Shown piece by piece: positions 1-9,463 of a stretch of 64,000 bases of DNA. Position 1 is the first letter of the stretch. The number at the start of each line of letters is the position of its first letter. The notes under the pieces are model-generated. The model worked only from the letters and a program-made list of their open reading frames with translations. It did no database searches and had not been told where the DNA came from. Origin of the DNA: Bacteroidales bacterium (GTDB taxonomy: Bacteria; Bacteroidota; Bacteroidia; Bacteroidales; WCHB1-69); contig JAEEKX010000003.1 in NCBI GenBank assembly GCA_016288655.1, positions 6,037-70,036 of the forward strand. The letters are read 5' to 3'. A program made the translations under genes and the position numbers.

Positions 1-996
1 AAGCGTCAAAAACCCGAGGATGATGATCAGCGAGGCGATGGCGGAAATTTCCCTGTGGAAAAATTCATGTCCGATCATTTTCACACCAATGAAGCACAAC
101 AGCAGCCCGATGCCATATTTGAGCAGCCAGAACGAATCGGCCATGTTGCTGAACAGGAAGAACATCGATCGTAATCCCATGATGGCGAAGATGTTGGAGA
201 AGAAAACGATGAAGGCGTCGGTGGTGACGGAGAAGACAGCCGGGATGGAATCGACGGCGAAGATGACATCGGAGAACTCGATGACCAGCAGCACTAAGAA
301 AAGGGGCGTCATGAAATGCTTTCCGTCGATTTTGGTGAAGAAATCGTGGCCGTTGACATTCGGCGTGGTGCGGAAGTGCTTGGAGGCGAACCGCACGATG
401 GGGTGGTTCGCCGTGTCCACATTTTGGTTCCCCTTGTCGAGGAACATCTTGATGCCGCTGTAGATCAGGATGCCGCCGAAGATGGCTAAGATCCAGGAGA
501 AGCGGGAGACCATCGCACCGAGGGCGAAGATGAAGGCGAAACGCATCAAGATGGCGGCGAGGATGCCCCAGAACAATACGCGGTGGTAATACTGCCGGTC
601 GATGCCGAAACTCGTGAATATCATGATCATCACGAAGATATTGTCAATGGAGAGCGTCTTCTCTAAGAAGTAACCCGCCAGGTACTGCATCGTGATCTCC
701 TTGCGGTAGATGCTCAGACTGGCCGAGTAATCCATCCCCTCCTTGATTTTCCCTGCTAAATCGGTGCCTTTGACGTACGCCAGCAGATCGTCCATGTTGG
801 AGATGCCATGTACCCACTCCGCGTGGAAAAGCAGCAGCAGCGAGAAAAGGAGCGACATGCCGATCCAGATGCCCGTCCACAAACCGGCCTCCTTGTTGCC
901 GATGACGTGGTCCTTCTTGTGGAAAACACCTAGGTCCAACGCCAGCATGACGATGATGAAGACCATGAAAACAGCAAAGAATAGGAATCTTGACAT
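1..996 (-). CDS. TerC/Alx-family membrane protein (putative Mn2+ homeostasis/export); 3' end runs off the window
   Basis: Not in the ORF track because it has no stop in the window. My translation from the ATG at 996 gives MSRFLFFAVFMVFIIVMLALDLGVFHKKDH...YFLEKTLSIDNIFV...VIEFSDVIFAVDSIPAVF, containing both TerC signature motifs (LSxDN and FAxDS). Confidence 0.93.
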   Translation of the reverse strand, partial: MSRFLFFAVFMVFIIVMLALDLGVFHKKDHVIGNKEAGLWTGIWIGMSLLFSLLLLFHAEWVHGISNMDDLLAYVKGTDLAGKIKEGMDYSASLSIYRKEITMQYLAGYFLEKTLSIDNIFVMIMIFTSFGIDRQYYHRVLFWGILAAILMRFAFIFALGAMVSRFSWILAIFGGILIYSGIKMFLDKGNQNVDTANHPIVRFASKHFRTTPNVNGHDFFTKIDGKHFMTPLFLVLLVIEFSDVIFAVDSIPAVFSVTTDAFIVFFSNIFAIMGLRSMFFLFSNMADSFWLLKYGIGLLLCFIGVKMIGHEFFHREISAIASLIIILGFLTL

Positions 997-1034
997 TGCG
1001 TTTCTGTTTTAGTTTTGGTTGTTCGTTCGTTCAT

Positions 1035-1163
1035 AAAAAAAACGACCCATAGACAGCATTGGTTGTCTATGAGTCTTATTGCTTAGGAGCGGCACCAAGT
1101 TTTGCAACTGGGTTTGTTGATGCCGTTCACGACTTTCTTTCTGTCGCCAATTACTCCCTCATA
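1035..1163 (-). ncRNA. yybP-ykoY manganese riboswitch with overlapping intrinsic terminator
   Basis: The minus strand reads TATGAG-GGAGTAA-TTG...CGGCATCAACAAA...TGCCG...GCAAT-AAGA-CTCATA, i.e. P1 TATGAG/CTCATA with GGGAGUA and AAGAC-like joining motifs. The 3' strand of P1 is shared with the terminator GACTCATAGACA/TGTCTATGGGTC plus a T-tract. It lies upstream of TerC, the classic target. Confidence 0.88.
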
Positions 1164-1172
1164 ATTGCGCTG

Positions 1173-1180
1173 CAAAAGTA
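1173..1180 (-). promoter_or_regulatory. Bacteroidetes sigma70 -7 element for the riboswitch-terC unit
   Basis: TACTTTTG on the minus strand (consensus TAnnTTTG), about 10 nt upstream of the riboswitch. Confidence 0.75.
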
Positions 1181-1212
1181 CGATTTTTTTTGGAAATGAC
1201 GGGGAATGCCAT

Positions 1213-1246
1213 AAAAAAAGGGTGAACATCAGCTCACCCTCTTTTT
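1213..1246. terminator. Intrinsic terminator after the small lipoprotein gene
   Basis: AAAAAAAGGGTGA-acatcagc-TCACCCTCTTTTT hairpin with A/T tails. Confidence 0.7.
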
Positions 1247-1263
1247 CGGATTGTCGTTGCAAA

Positions 1264-1485
1264 TTATTTGCACTCCATACCGGTCTTGCCATTGCCGAGA
1301 TCAACAACTGCGGTGGTGGCATAGTCGGAGCACTTTTTGTCAGAGTCCTTGTCGATGGTGTACTCGTTGGTGGCGGTGACGTCACCGTTGACATAGGTCT
1401 TGCAGACGCATTTTTTGTCACAGGAAGTGATGCCGAAAACGAAAGCGGCAGCAGCGACAACTAAAAATAATTTCTTCATAACCAT
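1264..1485 (-). CDS. Small Cys-rich lipoprotein of unknown function
   Basis: Signal peptide II MKKLFLVVAAAAFVFGITSC, followed by CxC...C...C. It has its own -7 box at 1524-1531 and a terminator. Confidence 0.8.
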   Translation of the reverse strand: MVMKKLFLVVAAAAFVFGITSCDKKCVCKTYVNGDVTATNEYTIDKDSDKKCSDYATTAVVDLGNGKTGMECK

Positions 1486-1584
1486 TTGATTTTTAGAGGT
1501 TAATATTGATGTGATTTTGGCTGCAAAAATACAATTTTTTAATATACTTTCTTGTTAATAAACGTTAAAACTCAAAGGGAGATG

Positions 1585-3102
1585 TTATGACGATCGTTTC
1601 ATCTTGGCTATGACCTTCTGAATCATTAGGTTGACTTCAGGGGAGATATTCCATCGGTATAGAATGTAAACTCCTATTGCACAGATGAATCCTGTTCTGA
1701 TAACGGCTTCCGCCAACCAAGGAACGATGCTGGTGGAGGTGATGAGGTGGGAAGAGACAAAGTGACAGCCCACATTCAGAAGATACAACAGGCCGATCAA
1801 GCCGACCACTTTGAGCAGATTCCATGAGAACGGGGTCGTTCCCACTTTTTTCTGTACAAACCATAGAAGAAATACATAAAAGATGAGATAGGATAGAAGG
1901 GTAGCCATCGCACCGCCGTTTATGCCAAATTTTGGCACAAGTACAATGTTGAGTGTGATGGAGGCGACCATCAGTAATAATGTGAAAATCAGGGAGAAAT
2001 AGTAAAATTTGGTATATCCCAAAGCGGAGCCGCCAATGCCAAAAGATGAGTTGAGCAGTTTGGAAAGGGAGAGGATGAAAACCGCCCATTTGCCCGCGAC
2101 ATATTGATCGCCGTTGGGTAGGATATGGAAGAAGAGGTCGATGTTGATCCAAATGATGAGGAATATCACACTGCCGGCCAGGAATTGATGCAGTGCAACT
2201 TTCTGACACAATCTGGTGGCTTGGGGAATGTCGTTCTCCTTGATAGCCACAGAGATATGCGGTTGCGTGATTGCTCCGAGAGAGCGGTAGGGCACCTCTA
2301 TGACGGCCGCGATGTAGTTGGCGATGGCGTAGATGCCGGCAAAGGCAAGCCCCTGTTGCGCACTGATAAAGAAACTGCTAAGCGTTGGCATCGCGCTGTT
2401 GACCAACGCAGAAACCACCATGAAAAGCGTGTACCAGAGAAAGTTGGTGACCAGCGATTTCGTAATGTGTTTGAAATCGGGCTTGAACGACACTTTGCCG
2501 CTGGAAAGAAGATAGACGAGATTGAGCAGTGCTGCAAGTCCGTATGTAGCGCATAATACGATGACCAACCCATCCAACGAAATAACCCCCATTCCAAATA
2601 GGATGTATCCAATTAATAAACAGCATCTTATGACAACCTCGCGAATAAATTTGGGAATGGCCACACGATTCAGTATAGTGGCGTTTACCTCGAAAACCGC
2701 CATGTATAGCATGAAAAATGCTATGGGGATGACGAAGTAGAAATAGTTGACAAATAGAGCGGAATTATCTTGAAAAGTATTGATTATTAGTTCTTTACAT
2801 AAGAAAAAAACTACAAGGAAAACCAAGAAGCCGATGAAGGGGATGATCAATGTCCAGAAAAAAATCCCATGATTCTTGTCGTCGTCTTTAAAATAGGGAA
2901 AGTAACGTAGTATGGATGAGCCAGTTCCAAGTTGCGCCAAAGTGGAGAAAAGTATGGCTGCATCCACCAATACGCGCGTCAAGCCGACCTCTTCTGTCGT
3001 CAGGTACTTTGTCAGGATGAAGAAGGTGGTGACAAAACCGACGGCAATGCCAATGTAGTTGGCAATGGTCCCTTTGATGCTCTGTCGGATGATGACGCCC
3101 AT
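1585..3102 (-). CDS. Polysaccharide flippase (Wzx/RfbX, MOP superfamily)
   Basis: 505 aa with many TM helices. The N-terminus MGVIIRQSIKGTIANYIGIAVG and the motif LNIVLVPKFGINGGAMAT are typical of Bacteroidetes Wzx-like proteins. Confidence 0.85.
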   Translation of the reverse strand: MGVIIRQSIKGTIANYIGIAVGFVTTFFILTKYLTTEEVGLTRVLVDAAILFSTLAQLGTGSSILRYFPYFKDDDKNHGIFFWTLIIPFIGFLVFLVVFFLCKELIINTFQDNSALFVNYFYFVIPIAFFMLYMAVFEVNATILNRVAIPKFIREVVIRCCLLIGYILFGMGVISLDGLVIVLCATYGLAALLNLVYLLSSGKVSFKPDFKHITKSLVTNFLWYTLFMVVSALVNSAMPTLSSFFISAQQGLAFAGIYAIANYIAAVIEVPYRSLGAITQPHISVAIKENDIPQATRLCQKVALHQFLAGSVIFLIIWINIDLFFHILPNGDQYVAGKWAVFILSLSKLLNSSFGIGGSALGYTKFYYFSLIFTLLLMVASITLNIVLVPKFGINGGAMATLLSYLIFYVFLLWFVQKKVGTTPFSWNLLKVVGLIGLLYLLNVGCHFVSSHLITSTSIVPWLAEAVIRTGFICAIGVYILYRWNISPEVNLMIQKVIAKMKRSS

Positions 3103-3146
3103 GGTAATTGATTATATGATGTTGATTTCTTGTTCGTTACAATATT

Positions 3147-3827
3147 TTACCAGCATCCGCTCTCCACCACTTGGTTGATGAAATCGTTGCAGGGTTTGGC
3201 CTCGCGGAAGATCTCTGTGACGTAGTGCAGGAGTTGGGTTTCATCGCCCAAAACGACCTTGTCCGGAAGTTCTGCGGCGATGGTGAAAGTCTTGAGTTTC
3301 AGATATTCCGCGTGCCTTGCGTCTTGCGGATAGCCGTTGGGAACACGCCGGAGTCTGGCATTGTCGTCCCAATGGTAGTGTTTAGCCGCCTGAATGGCCT
3401 GTTCAAAGTTGTCGGGTTCGTTGTGGATTTTGTCGCGGATGGCGATCGCCAGCGACGGCGTCGGGTTGTAAAGCCCTGCCGCCAAGAGGTTTCCGAAAGA
3501 GTAATCCTCTGATTCAGAGGGTTCTAAATGAAAGTAGTAGCCGGCATATCCCGATTTCTTCCCATGCGGACAAAGGTAAGCCCCCATGTGCGTTTTGTAG
3601 GGAATCTTCTCCTTGGAAAAACGCATGTCCTTGTAGATGCGGTAGGTGCAGTCTTTCACGGTCAGGTCGCGGATGGAGGGGTCGAATTTCCCGACCTCCG
3701 CAATCAGCTGTTCGGTAAACTGGTTGAAATGGGTCTGTGCGGCCACATACTCCTGTTTGTGTTCCATGAACCATTCACGGTAGTTGTGGCGCATCAGCTG
3801 GTCCAAAAATCTCAAAATTTCCTGCAT
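3147..3827 (-). CDS. DUF2461 (TIGR02453) family protein
   Basis: FLxxLxxHNxREWF, YRIYKDMRFSKEKIPYK, GYYFHLEP, LRRVPxGY motifs. Confidence 0.9.
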   Translation of the reverse strand: MQEILRFLDQLMRHNYREWFMEHKQEYVAAQTHFNQFTEQLIAEVGKFDPSIRDLTVKDCTYRIYKDMRFSKEKIPYKTHMGAYLCPHGKKSGYAGYYFHLEPSESEDYSFGNLLAAGLYNPTPSLAIAIRDKIHNEPDNFEQAIQAAKHYHWDDNARLRRVPNGYPQDARHAEYLKLKTFTIAAELPDKVVLGDETQLLHYVTEIFREAKPCNDFINQVVESGCW

Positions 3828-3868
3828 GGGGGAGTTTATAGTTAAAGATTAAATCCTTTGTTTACAGC

Positions 3869-4060
3869 ATCTTCAAATCTTTCAAATCTTTCAATTATTT
3901 GATACTCACTTCGTTCGCATTTGAGCTCGCTGCGCGAGCATTTGCAGATTTGTTGCTCACTTCGTTCGCATTAATAATCTTTCAAATCTTTCAAATCTTT
4001 CAAATCTTTCAAATCTTCAATCTCTCAAATCTTTCAAATCTTCAATCTCTCAAATCCCTC
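3869..4060 (-). repeat. Single copy of the composite repeat: one 86-bp triple-hairpin module (3893-3978) flanked by 8/9-nt TTTCAAATC/TCTCAAATC tandem units
   Basis: Near-identical reverse complement of the modules at 21491-22034. Confidence 0.95.
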
Positions 4061-4742
4061 CATTTCCTGTCATCTCCCAATGTATCGGTTCTATGCCATT
4101 TTTTAGCAGAATCTCGTTGGTTTTGGAGAAGTGTTTGCAGCCGAAGAAACCGCGGTAGGCCGACAAGGGTGAGGGGTGGGGCGCCATCAGCACGTAGTGG
4201 CGGGAGGTGTCGATAAGTTGCACTTTGGCTTGGGCGTAGGAGCCCCACAGCAGGAATACCAAACCGTTGCGTTTTTCCGACAGCCGTTGGATGGCGGCAT
4301 CGGTGAACAGTTCCCAGCCGTGGCGTTGGTGGGAACCGGCGAGGTGTGCGCGCACCGTGAGCGTGGCATTCAGCAGCAGCACGCCCTGCCGTGCCCAACC
4401 CTCCAAGTTGCCGGTTTGCGGTATGGGCATCCCGAGGTCGGTGTGCAGTTCCTGGAAAATGTTGACCAGCGAGGGCGGGAACTTCGTGCCGGGCTGCACC
4501 GAAAAGCACAGTCCGTGCGCCTGACCCGGCTCATGATAGGGATCCTGCCCGATAATCACCACCTTCACTTTATCGAACGGCGTGAGGTTGAAAGCGTTGA
4601 AGATCAGCGGGCCGGGCGGATAGACCGCATACTGCTGCTTTTCGGCCACCAAAAAACTCTTCAGTTCCGCAAAGTAGGGTGCGGCGAACTGGTCGGCCAA
4701 CTCGCGCTTCCAAGATTCTTCGATGACGGGGTTGATGGTCAT
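4050..4742 (-). CDS. ung: Uracil-DNA glycosylase (family 1)
   Basis: GQDPYH, GLCFSV, LLLN and HPSPLS motifs. Confidence 0.97.
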   Translation of the reverse strand: MTINPVIEESWKRELADQFAAPYFAELKSFLVAEKQQYAVYPPGPLIFNAFNLTPFDKVKVVIIGQDPYHEPGQAHGLCFSVQPGTKFPPSLVNIFQELHTDLGMPIPQTGNLEGWARQGVLLLNATLTVRAHLAGSHQRHGWELFTDAAIQRLSEKRNGLVFLLWGSYAQAKVQLIDTSRHYVLMAPHPSPLSAYRGFFGCKHFSKTNEILLKNGIEPIHWEMTGNGGI

Positions 4743-4765
4743 CTATCTTACAGATTTATAAGTGT

Positions 4766-6040
4766 TTAGTTTGTTTTGATTTTGTTGGGATCGTGCTTGT
4801 ACTGGAAGAGGATGGCAAACAAAACGGCGACGACCAATGCGTAGGCGGCGAAAATGTACCAAGTGCTTGACCAGGCCGAAATTTGTGCCGTGACATCGGA
4901 ATTGCTGTAAACCAGTTTGTTGACAACGCCCTGTGCAGCCAAAGTCCCGATGGTGGCGCCGAAGCCGTTGGTCATCATCATGAAAACGCCTTGCGCACTG
5001 GAACGGATCTCCGGGCTGGTCTCCTGATCGACAAACAGCGAGCCGCTGATGTTGAAGAAGTCGAAAGCCACGCCATAGACGATCATCGACAGGATGAAGA
5101 GCCAGACGCCCGAGCCGGGGTTCCCGACTCCGAAGAAGCCGAATCGCAGCACCCAGGCGAACATCGCGATCAACATCACTTTTTTAATTCCAAATTTACG
5201 TAAACAGAAGGGAATCAGTAGAATACAGAGCGTTTCGGAAATCTGGGAGAGGGAAATCAAGATGTTGGCATGCTGCACGGCGAACGTATCGGCATACTCT
5301 TTCACATCTTTGAAGGCGGAAATGAAGGTGTTGGCGTAGCCGTTGGTGATTTGAAGCGAAACGCCCAGCAGCATGGAAAAGATGAAGAAAAGGCACATCC
5401 GCTTTTCCTTGAAAAGGGTGAAGGCACGCAGTCCGAACGTATCGACGAACGACTGTGAGGGCTTGCCCTTGTTGACGGGGCAGTTGGGAAGTGTCAACGC
5501 ATAGATTCCTAAGATGACGCCCCAAATAGCACAGACGAAGAACTGGCGGTAGTCGTGTTGGAAGCCCAGCAAATCGACGATCCACATGGAGCAGATGAAG
5601 CCGATGGTGCCGAAGACGCGGATGGGTGGGAAGGCCTTGACGGTGTCGTAGCCGCCCGCGGTGAGTGCGGTGTATGACACGGAGTTGTCGAGTGCGATGG
5701 TGGGCATGAAGAAGGCCACGCTGAGCGTATAGAGGGGAAATAGTTGTGCAAATGTCACGTTTTCACCGTATTTCATTCCCATATAACCCGCTCCGGCCAT
5801 GAAGATTGCTGCCAGAAAATGGCAGATGCTAAGCATTTTTTGTGCCGGAATCCACCGGTCGGCGATGATGCCGATGATGGCGGGCATGAAGAGCGAAACG
5901 ATGCCCTGCACAGAGTAGAACCAACCGATGTTGGTGCCCATGCCGACACTGGCTAAGTAGGATCCCATGCTCGTCAGGTACGAACCCCATACCGCGAACA
6001 CGAGGAAGTTCATGATGATCAATCTGATTTTCAGTCCCAT
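4766..6040 (-). CDS. nupG: Nucleoside:H+ symporter (NHS/MFS, NupG-like)
   Basis: FMPTIAL, FPPIRVFGTIGF, SQISE, YGVAFDFF and MMTNG motifs; about 12 TM helices. Confidence 0.88.
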   Translation of the reverse strand: MGLKIRLIIMNFLVFAVWGSYLTSMGSYLASVGMGTNIGWFYSVQGIVSLFMPAIIGIIADRWIPAQKMLSICHFLAAIFMAGAGYMGMKYGENVTFAQLFPLYTLSVAFFMPTIALDNSVSYTALTAGGYDTVKAFPPIRVFGTIGFICSMWIVDLLGFQHDYRQFFVCAIWGVILGIYALTLPNCPVNKGKPSQSFVDTFGLRAFTLFKEKRMCLFFIFSMLLGVSLQITNGYANTFISAFKDVKEYADTFAVQHANILISLSQISETLCILLIPFCLRKFGIKKVMLIAMFAWVLRFGFFGVGNPGSGVWLFILSMIVYGVAFDFFNISGSLFVDQETSPEIRSSAQGVFMMMTNGFGATIGTLAAQGVVNKLVYSNSDVTAQISAWSSTWYIFAAYALVVAVLFAILFQYKHDPNKIKTN

Positions 6041-6061
6041 GGTAAAACGTTTAGTAAGTGA

Positions 6062-6673
6062 TTATTTTATATTGAAATTCAGTAATTTACGACCTTCAAT
6101 CCAACCTTCGAGCCGGTCGCTGACAGCCACCTTCCCGACTCCTTTCGGCGTGCCCGTGAAGATGACGTCCCCGACTTGCAGCGTCAGGAACCGCGATACG
6201 TGCGAGATGATTTTATCGAAAGAAAAGATCATCTCGTTGATGTTGCCCGATTGCACCGTCCGACCATTGAGGTCCAGGTGGAAATGCAGGTTGTCGATGG
6301 ATTCAAACTCTTTTATATCAATAAATTGGCTAATGACAGCCGAGCCGTCGAAGGCCTTGGCGATCTCCCACGGATTGCCCTTCTCTATGCATTTTTTTTG
6401 CAAATCGCGGGCGGTGAAGTCGATTCCCAAACCGATTTCATGGTAGTGGTTTCGCGCATCGCTCTCGGTAATGCACTTCCCCGTGCGGTCGATGCGCACC
6501 AGCAGTTCCACTTCGTGTTCAATTTGTTGGGAGAAATCAGGCAGGAAAAACGGCTGGTTGTCAACCAATACCGAGGATTCCGGCTTCAAAAAGAACGTGG
6601 GCTCCGTGGGGACTTCATGTCCAAGTTCTTGTATATGTGGTAGATAGTTTCTCCCGATGCAAATGACTTTCAT
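6062..6673 (-). CDS. Fumarylacetoacetate hydrolase family protein
   Basis: CIGRNY, FFLKP, HEVEL, DFTARDLQ, KAFDGS and GDVIFTGTP motifs. Confidence 0.95.
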   Translation of the reverse strand: MKVICIGRNYLPHIQELGHEVPTEPTFFLKPESSVLVDNQPFFLPDFSQQIEHEVELLVRIDRTGKCITESDARNHYHEIGLGIDFTARDLQKKCIEKGNPWEIAKAFDGSAVISQFIDIKEFESIDNLHFHLDLNGRTVQSGNINEMIFSFDKIISHVSRFLTLQVGDVIFTGTPKGVGKVAVSDRLEGWIEGRKLLNFNIK

Positions 6674-6745
6674 CTCTTCCCTTTTTTCTGTTGGATTTTA
6701 AAACAATCAGCAAACATACGCAAAAATCCCGAATTATCGCGCTTC

Positions 6746-8137
6746 TTACTTCACCGTTTTATCCAACCAATTCAAAATCAGTTGAATGGCCTTCGGAGAT
6801 AGGGTTTGCTCGATCTTGCCGTACTCGTCCCACAACCCCGTATCGCACTCTTGGAGAAGATGATTCATTCCTTTCAACTCAATACATTCAGATACAGGAT
6901 TTTGCGTGAGGTTGTCCTGAATGCCGGCGAGGTTGGCGTTGGACTCCACTTGCGCATCTTGGCTGCCGTTGAGTGCCAAAACAGGACATTTCACCTTCTT
7001 GATGTACACGGTGGGGTTAATGTGCATGAGCGTGAAGAACCAGGGCTGTAACAGTTGCTCCTTTTCCGCACTGACCATCTCTTTCACGGTGCTGTCAGTC
7101 TGCCCATTGCCCGCTCGGAGGAGTTTTTCGTAATATTGATCCACTTTCTTGCGCGCACGCTCAATGGTTTTGGACTTTTTTATGATATTGTATAAGTCGT
7201 TGCTGACCTGTAAAATACGATCTGTTTTCCCATGATTGGATTCCGCTGACTGGTATGTCTTTTTCACTTGGTACAAGAGGATTTTATCCAATTGTTGGGA
7301 TGGACCGGCTAAGGAGACGACGAAGGCGATGCCGGGATTTTCTGCCGCCGCAATCCAGGAAACCAATCCTCCCTCGCTGTGACCGAGCAGTCCGACAGGT
7401 GCGCTGTGTAGGTTCTTTCTTGTTGATAATGAGTCAAATATGGCTTGTACAATCTGGACGAAGTCGAAGGTGGTCTGCTTGACGAAGGTGGCGCGGGGTG
7501 GGTCATCATACCGAAAAGTGGCATAGCCCGCGCGGGTCAGTTGGTCGGCCAAGAGTTTGAAGGGCTTGTGTCCGAATATGCTTTCGTCGCGGTCTTGCCA
7601 TCCTGAACCGGAAATGAAGATCACTGCTGCCTTAGGCTTGCCCTCGCGGGGAAGCGTCAGCGTTCCGTTAACTTTCTGTCCATTAGTAGTATAAGGGATG
7701 GACAACTTGATTTCATCGTAAGGGTAGGGGGTCATCGGCTCCTGCGGACGCGGGAAGAGTTGACGCACTTCGGTCTTCTTCAAGGTCAGTTTGAAGGATG
7801 CTCCGCGCTGGGTGAATTTCCCGACAATTTTTTCGCCATCGTATCGCCCGACATACTTGCACTCCAGGGCCTTGACCGTAAAGCGCACCGTATCATTCCT
7901 AAAACTATAACTATCTGTCTTTATGTCTGTTACATATTGATCAGGACTGTCCAATACTACGTACAACGAATCCCCACGGTCCTCTATGAAAAGCACGAGT
8001 TTGAGTCGTTCTTCGCCGATGGAAAGGTCACCTTCCCAAATTCCAGACAAAGCCGTCATTTGCCCTTTAATAGTCGTGCAAAATACTAACAATAAAGGAA
8101 TTAGTATGAATAGACGAAGATAGATGAATTTTTTCAT
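6746..8137 (-). CDS. Secreted alpha/beta hydrolase (S9/esterase-like)
   Basis: Signal peptide; SGSGxQDRDE; nucleophile motif GHSEGG; G..D.QV (Asp) and NHLLQ (His). Confidence 0.88.
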   Translation of the reverse strand: MKKFIYLRLFILIPLLLVFCTTIKGQMTALSGIWEGDLSIGEERLKLVLFIEDRGDSLYVVLDSPDQYVTDIKTDSYSFRNDTVRFTVKALECKYVGRYDGEKIVGKFTQRGASFKLTLKKTEVRQLFPRPQEPMTPYPYDEIKLSIPYTTNGQKVNGTLTLPREGKPKAAVIFISGSGWQDRDESIFGHKPFKLLADQLTRAGYATFRYDDPPRATFVKQTTFDFVQIVQAIFDSLSTRKNLHSAPVGLLGHSEGGLVSWIAAAENPGIAFVVSLAGPSQQLDKILLYQVKKTYQSAESNHGKTDRILQVSNDLYNIIKKSKTIERARKKVDQYYEKLLRAGNGQTDSTVKEMVSAEKEQLLQPWFFTLMHINPTVYIKKVKCPVLALNGSQDAQVESNANLAGIQDNLTQNPVSECIELKGMNHLLQECDTGLWDEYGKIEQTLSPKAIQLILNWLDKTVK

Positions 8138-8182
8138 GCTTTCGAAAAAGGGTTATATCGTGCCAAATCTTGGCATAGTGAA

Positions 8183-9439
8183 TTACTCTCCGTAAATGAG
8201 TTCGACGAGGTTGTAAAGCAGCAGGAAGTCAATCATGTTGGCATCGCCGATGTCTTTGTTGTGCCAAGGGCAGAACAGCGAGCCGGAGTTCCACGGGGCA
8301 GGTGTTCTAACGCTCTTTCCATCAATGATTTTCGTAATGGCACCATCAGCGGGGGCACTATCGAGGTAGGCGTCGTACAACGTGCGAGGCACCAAGTCCT
8401 TGCCCTCTTTCCCGTACAGCACCAAGTTGATGAGCGGCAGGTGGGGAAAGATGAGTGTTTGCTGCAGGTCCGGGCGTTTTTTGACGATTTTGTCGCAGGT
8501 CTTCACGAGCCAGGCGTAGCAGTCGCCGTTGCCGCCGTCGTTCAGTATGGCGGTCATGGCTAAGATGCCGTACCAGCGGAAGTTGCCGTCCTTGGCCATC
8601 AGCATGTTGTTCTGCACAAAGTGCCACATGCTGCGCCATCTTCCGCGGTCGCTTTTGCCAAAGTGGAGGTTCTGCGCGCTCAGTAGAGTGCCGATTTCGG
8701 CGTGCGCGTACTGTAGCCATTGGATGTCGCTCTCTCTCTGTAACATCATGCCATTCACGGGGTTGACGATCTCCCAATGGGTCCTGCCGGCGCTATCCAC
8801 GTGTTGCATTCCCTTCACCATGCGGCAACTGATCTCTGCTATTTCTTGGTGCAGTTTGGGGTCGTCCACTAATTTCTGGGCCAAGGCGAAACCGATGTAA
8901 CTGCCCCAGGCCTGATCTTGGGAAGGCGTGTTCCCCGTTGCATTCGGACGATTGTAGTTGGAGGCGTAGTCGCTGGAGATGGCGTCGAGGTGCATGCGGG
9001 TGGTGTCGCTGCGTTGGATGTCGTCGCGAAGGTAGAAGCCGTTGAGTTGCGGGATGCTGTCGCTTTTCCAAAATTTTTCCGCATTGAGATCCAAGCGGTT
9101 ATAGACTTCGATGGCGCAGCGCAACTCTTTCAGCGTCGCCTCGGTCGGCTTGCCCTCGCGTTTCAGTCGCGCATACTCGGTAGCCAAAAGCGCTACGTAA
9201 TGGCCTTGCCACCAGGTTCCGTCGGCCCAATATCCTGTCAGTCCGTACTTTCCGACATAGCGCCGTTCCATCGGCAGGGAGGTCCCCCGTTCGCTGCCGT
9301 CGCCGGTATAGTACATGAACTCTTCCCGCAACCGCTGGCGTAACTGCTCGTATTTGATGGCATTTTTATCCATAGACTGTGCCGAAATTTGGCACACTAT
9401 AAGCGGCAATAAAAGGAGCAGTAGTGTGCGTTTCTTCAT
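8183..9439 (-). CDS. Secreted hypothetical protein (aromatic-rich, probably all-alpha)
   Basis: 418-aa ORF with a Sec signal peptide, in a co-directional gene string; no family recognised. Confidence 0.75.
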   Translation of the reverse strand: MKKRTLLLLLLPLIVCQISAQSMDKNAIKYEQLRQRLREEFMYYTGDGSERGTSLPMERRYVGKYGLTGYWADGTWWQGHYVALLATEYARLKREGKPTEATLKELRCAIEVYNRLDLNAEKFWKSDSIPQLNGFYLRDDIQRSDTTRMHLDAISSDYASNYNRPNATGNTPSQDQAWGSYIGFALAQKLVDDPKLHQEIAEISCRMVKGMQHVDSAGRTHWEIVNPVNGMMLQRESDIQWLQYAHAEIGTLLSAQNLHFGKSDRGRWRSMWHFVQNNMLMAKDGNFRWYGILAMTAILNDGGNGDCYAWLVKTCDKIVKKRPDLQQTLIFPHLPLINLVLYGKEGKDLVPRTLYDAYLDSAPADGAITKIIDGKSVRTPAPWNSGSLFCPWHNKDIGDANMIDFLLLYNLVELIYGE

Positions 9440-9463
9440 GATTATGATGTTGTTACAAAAAAT

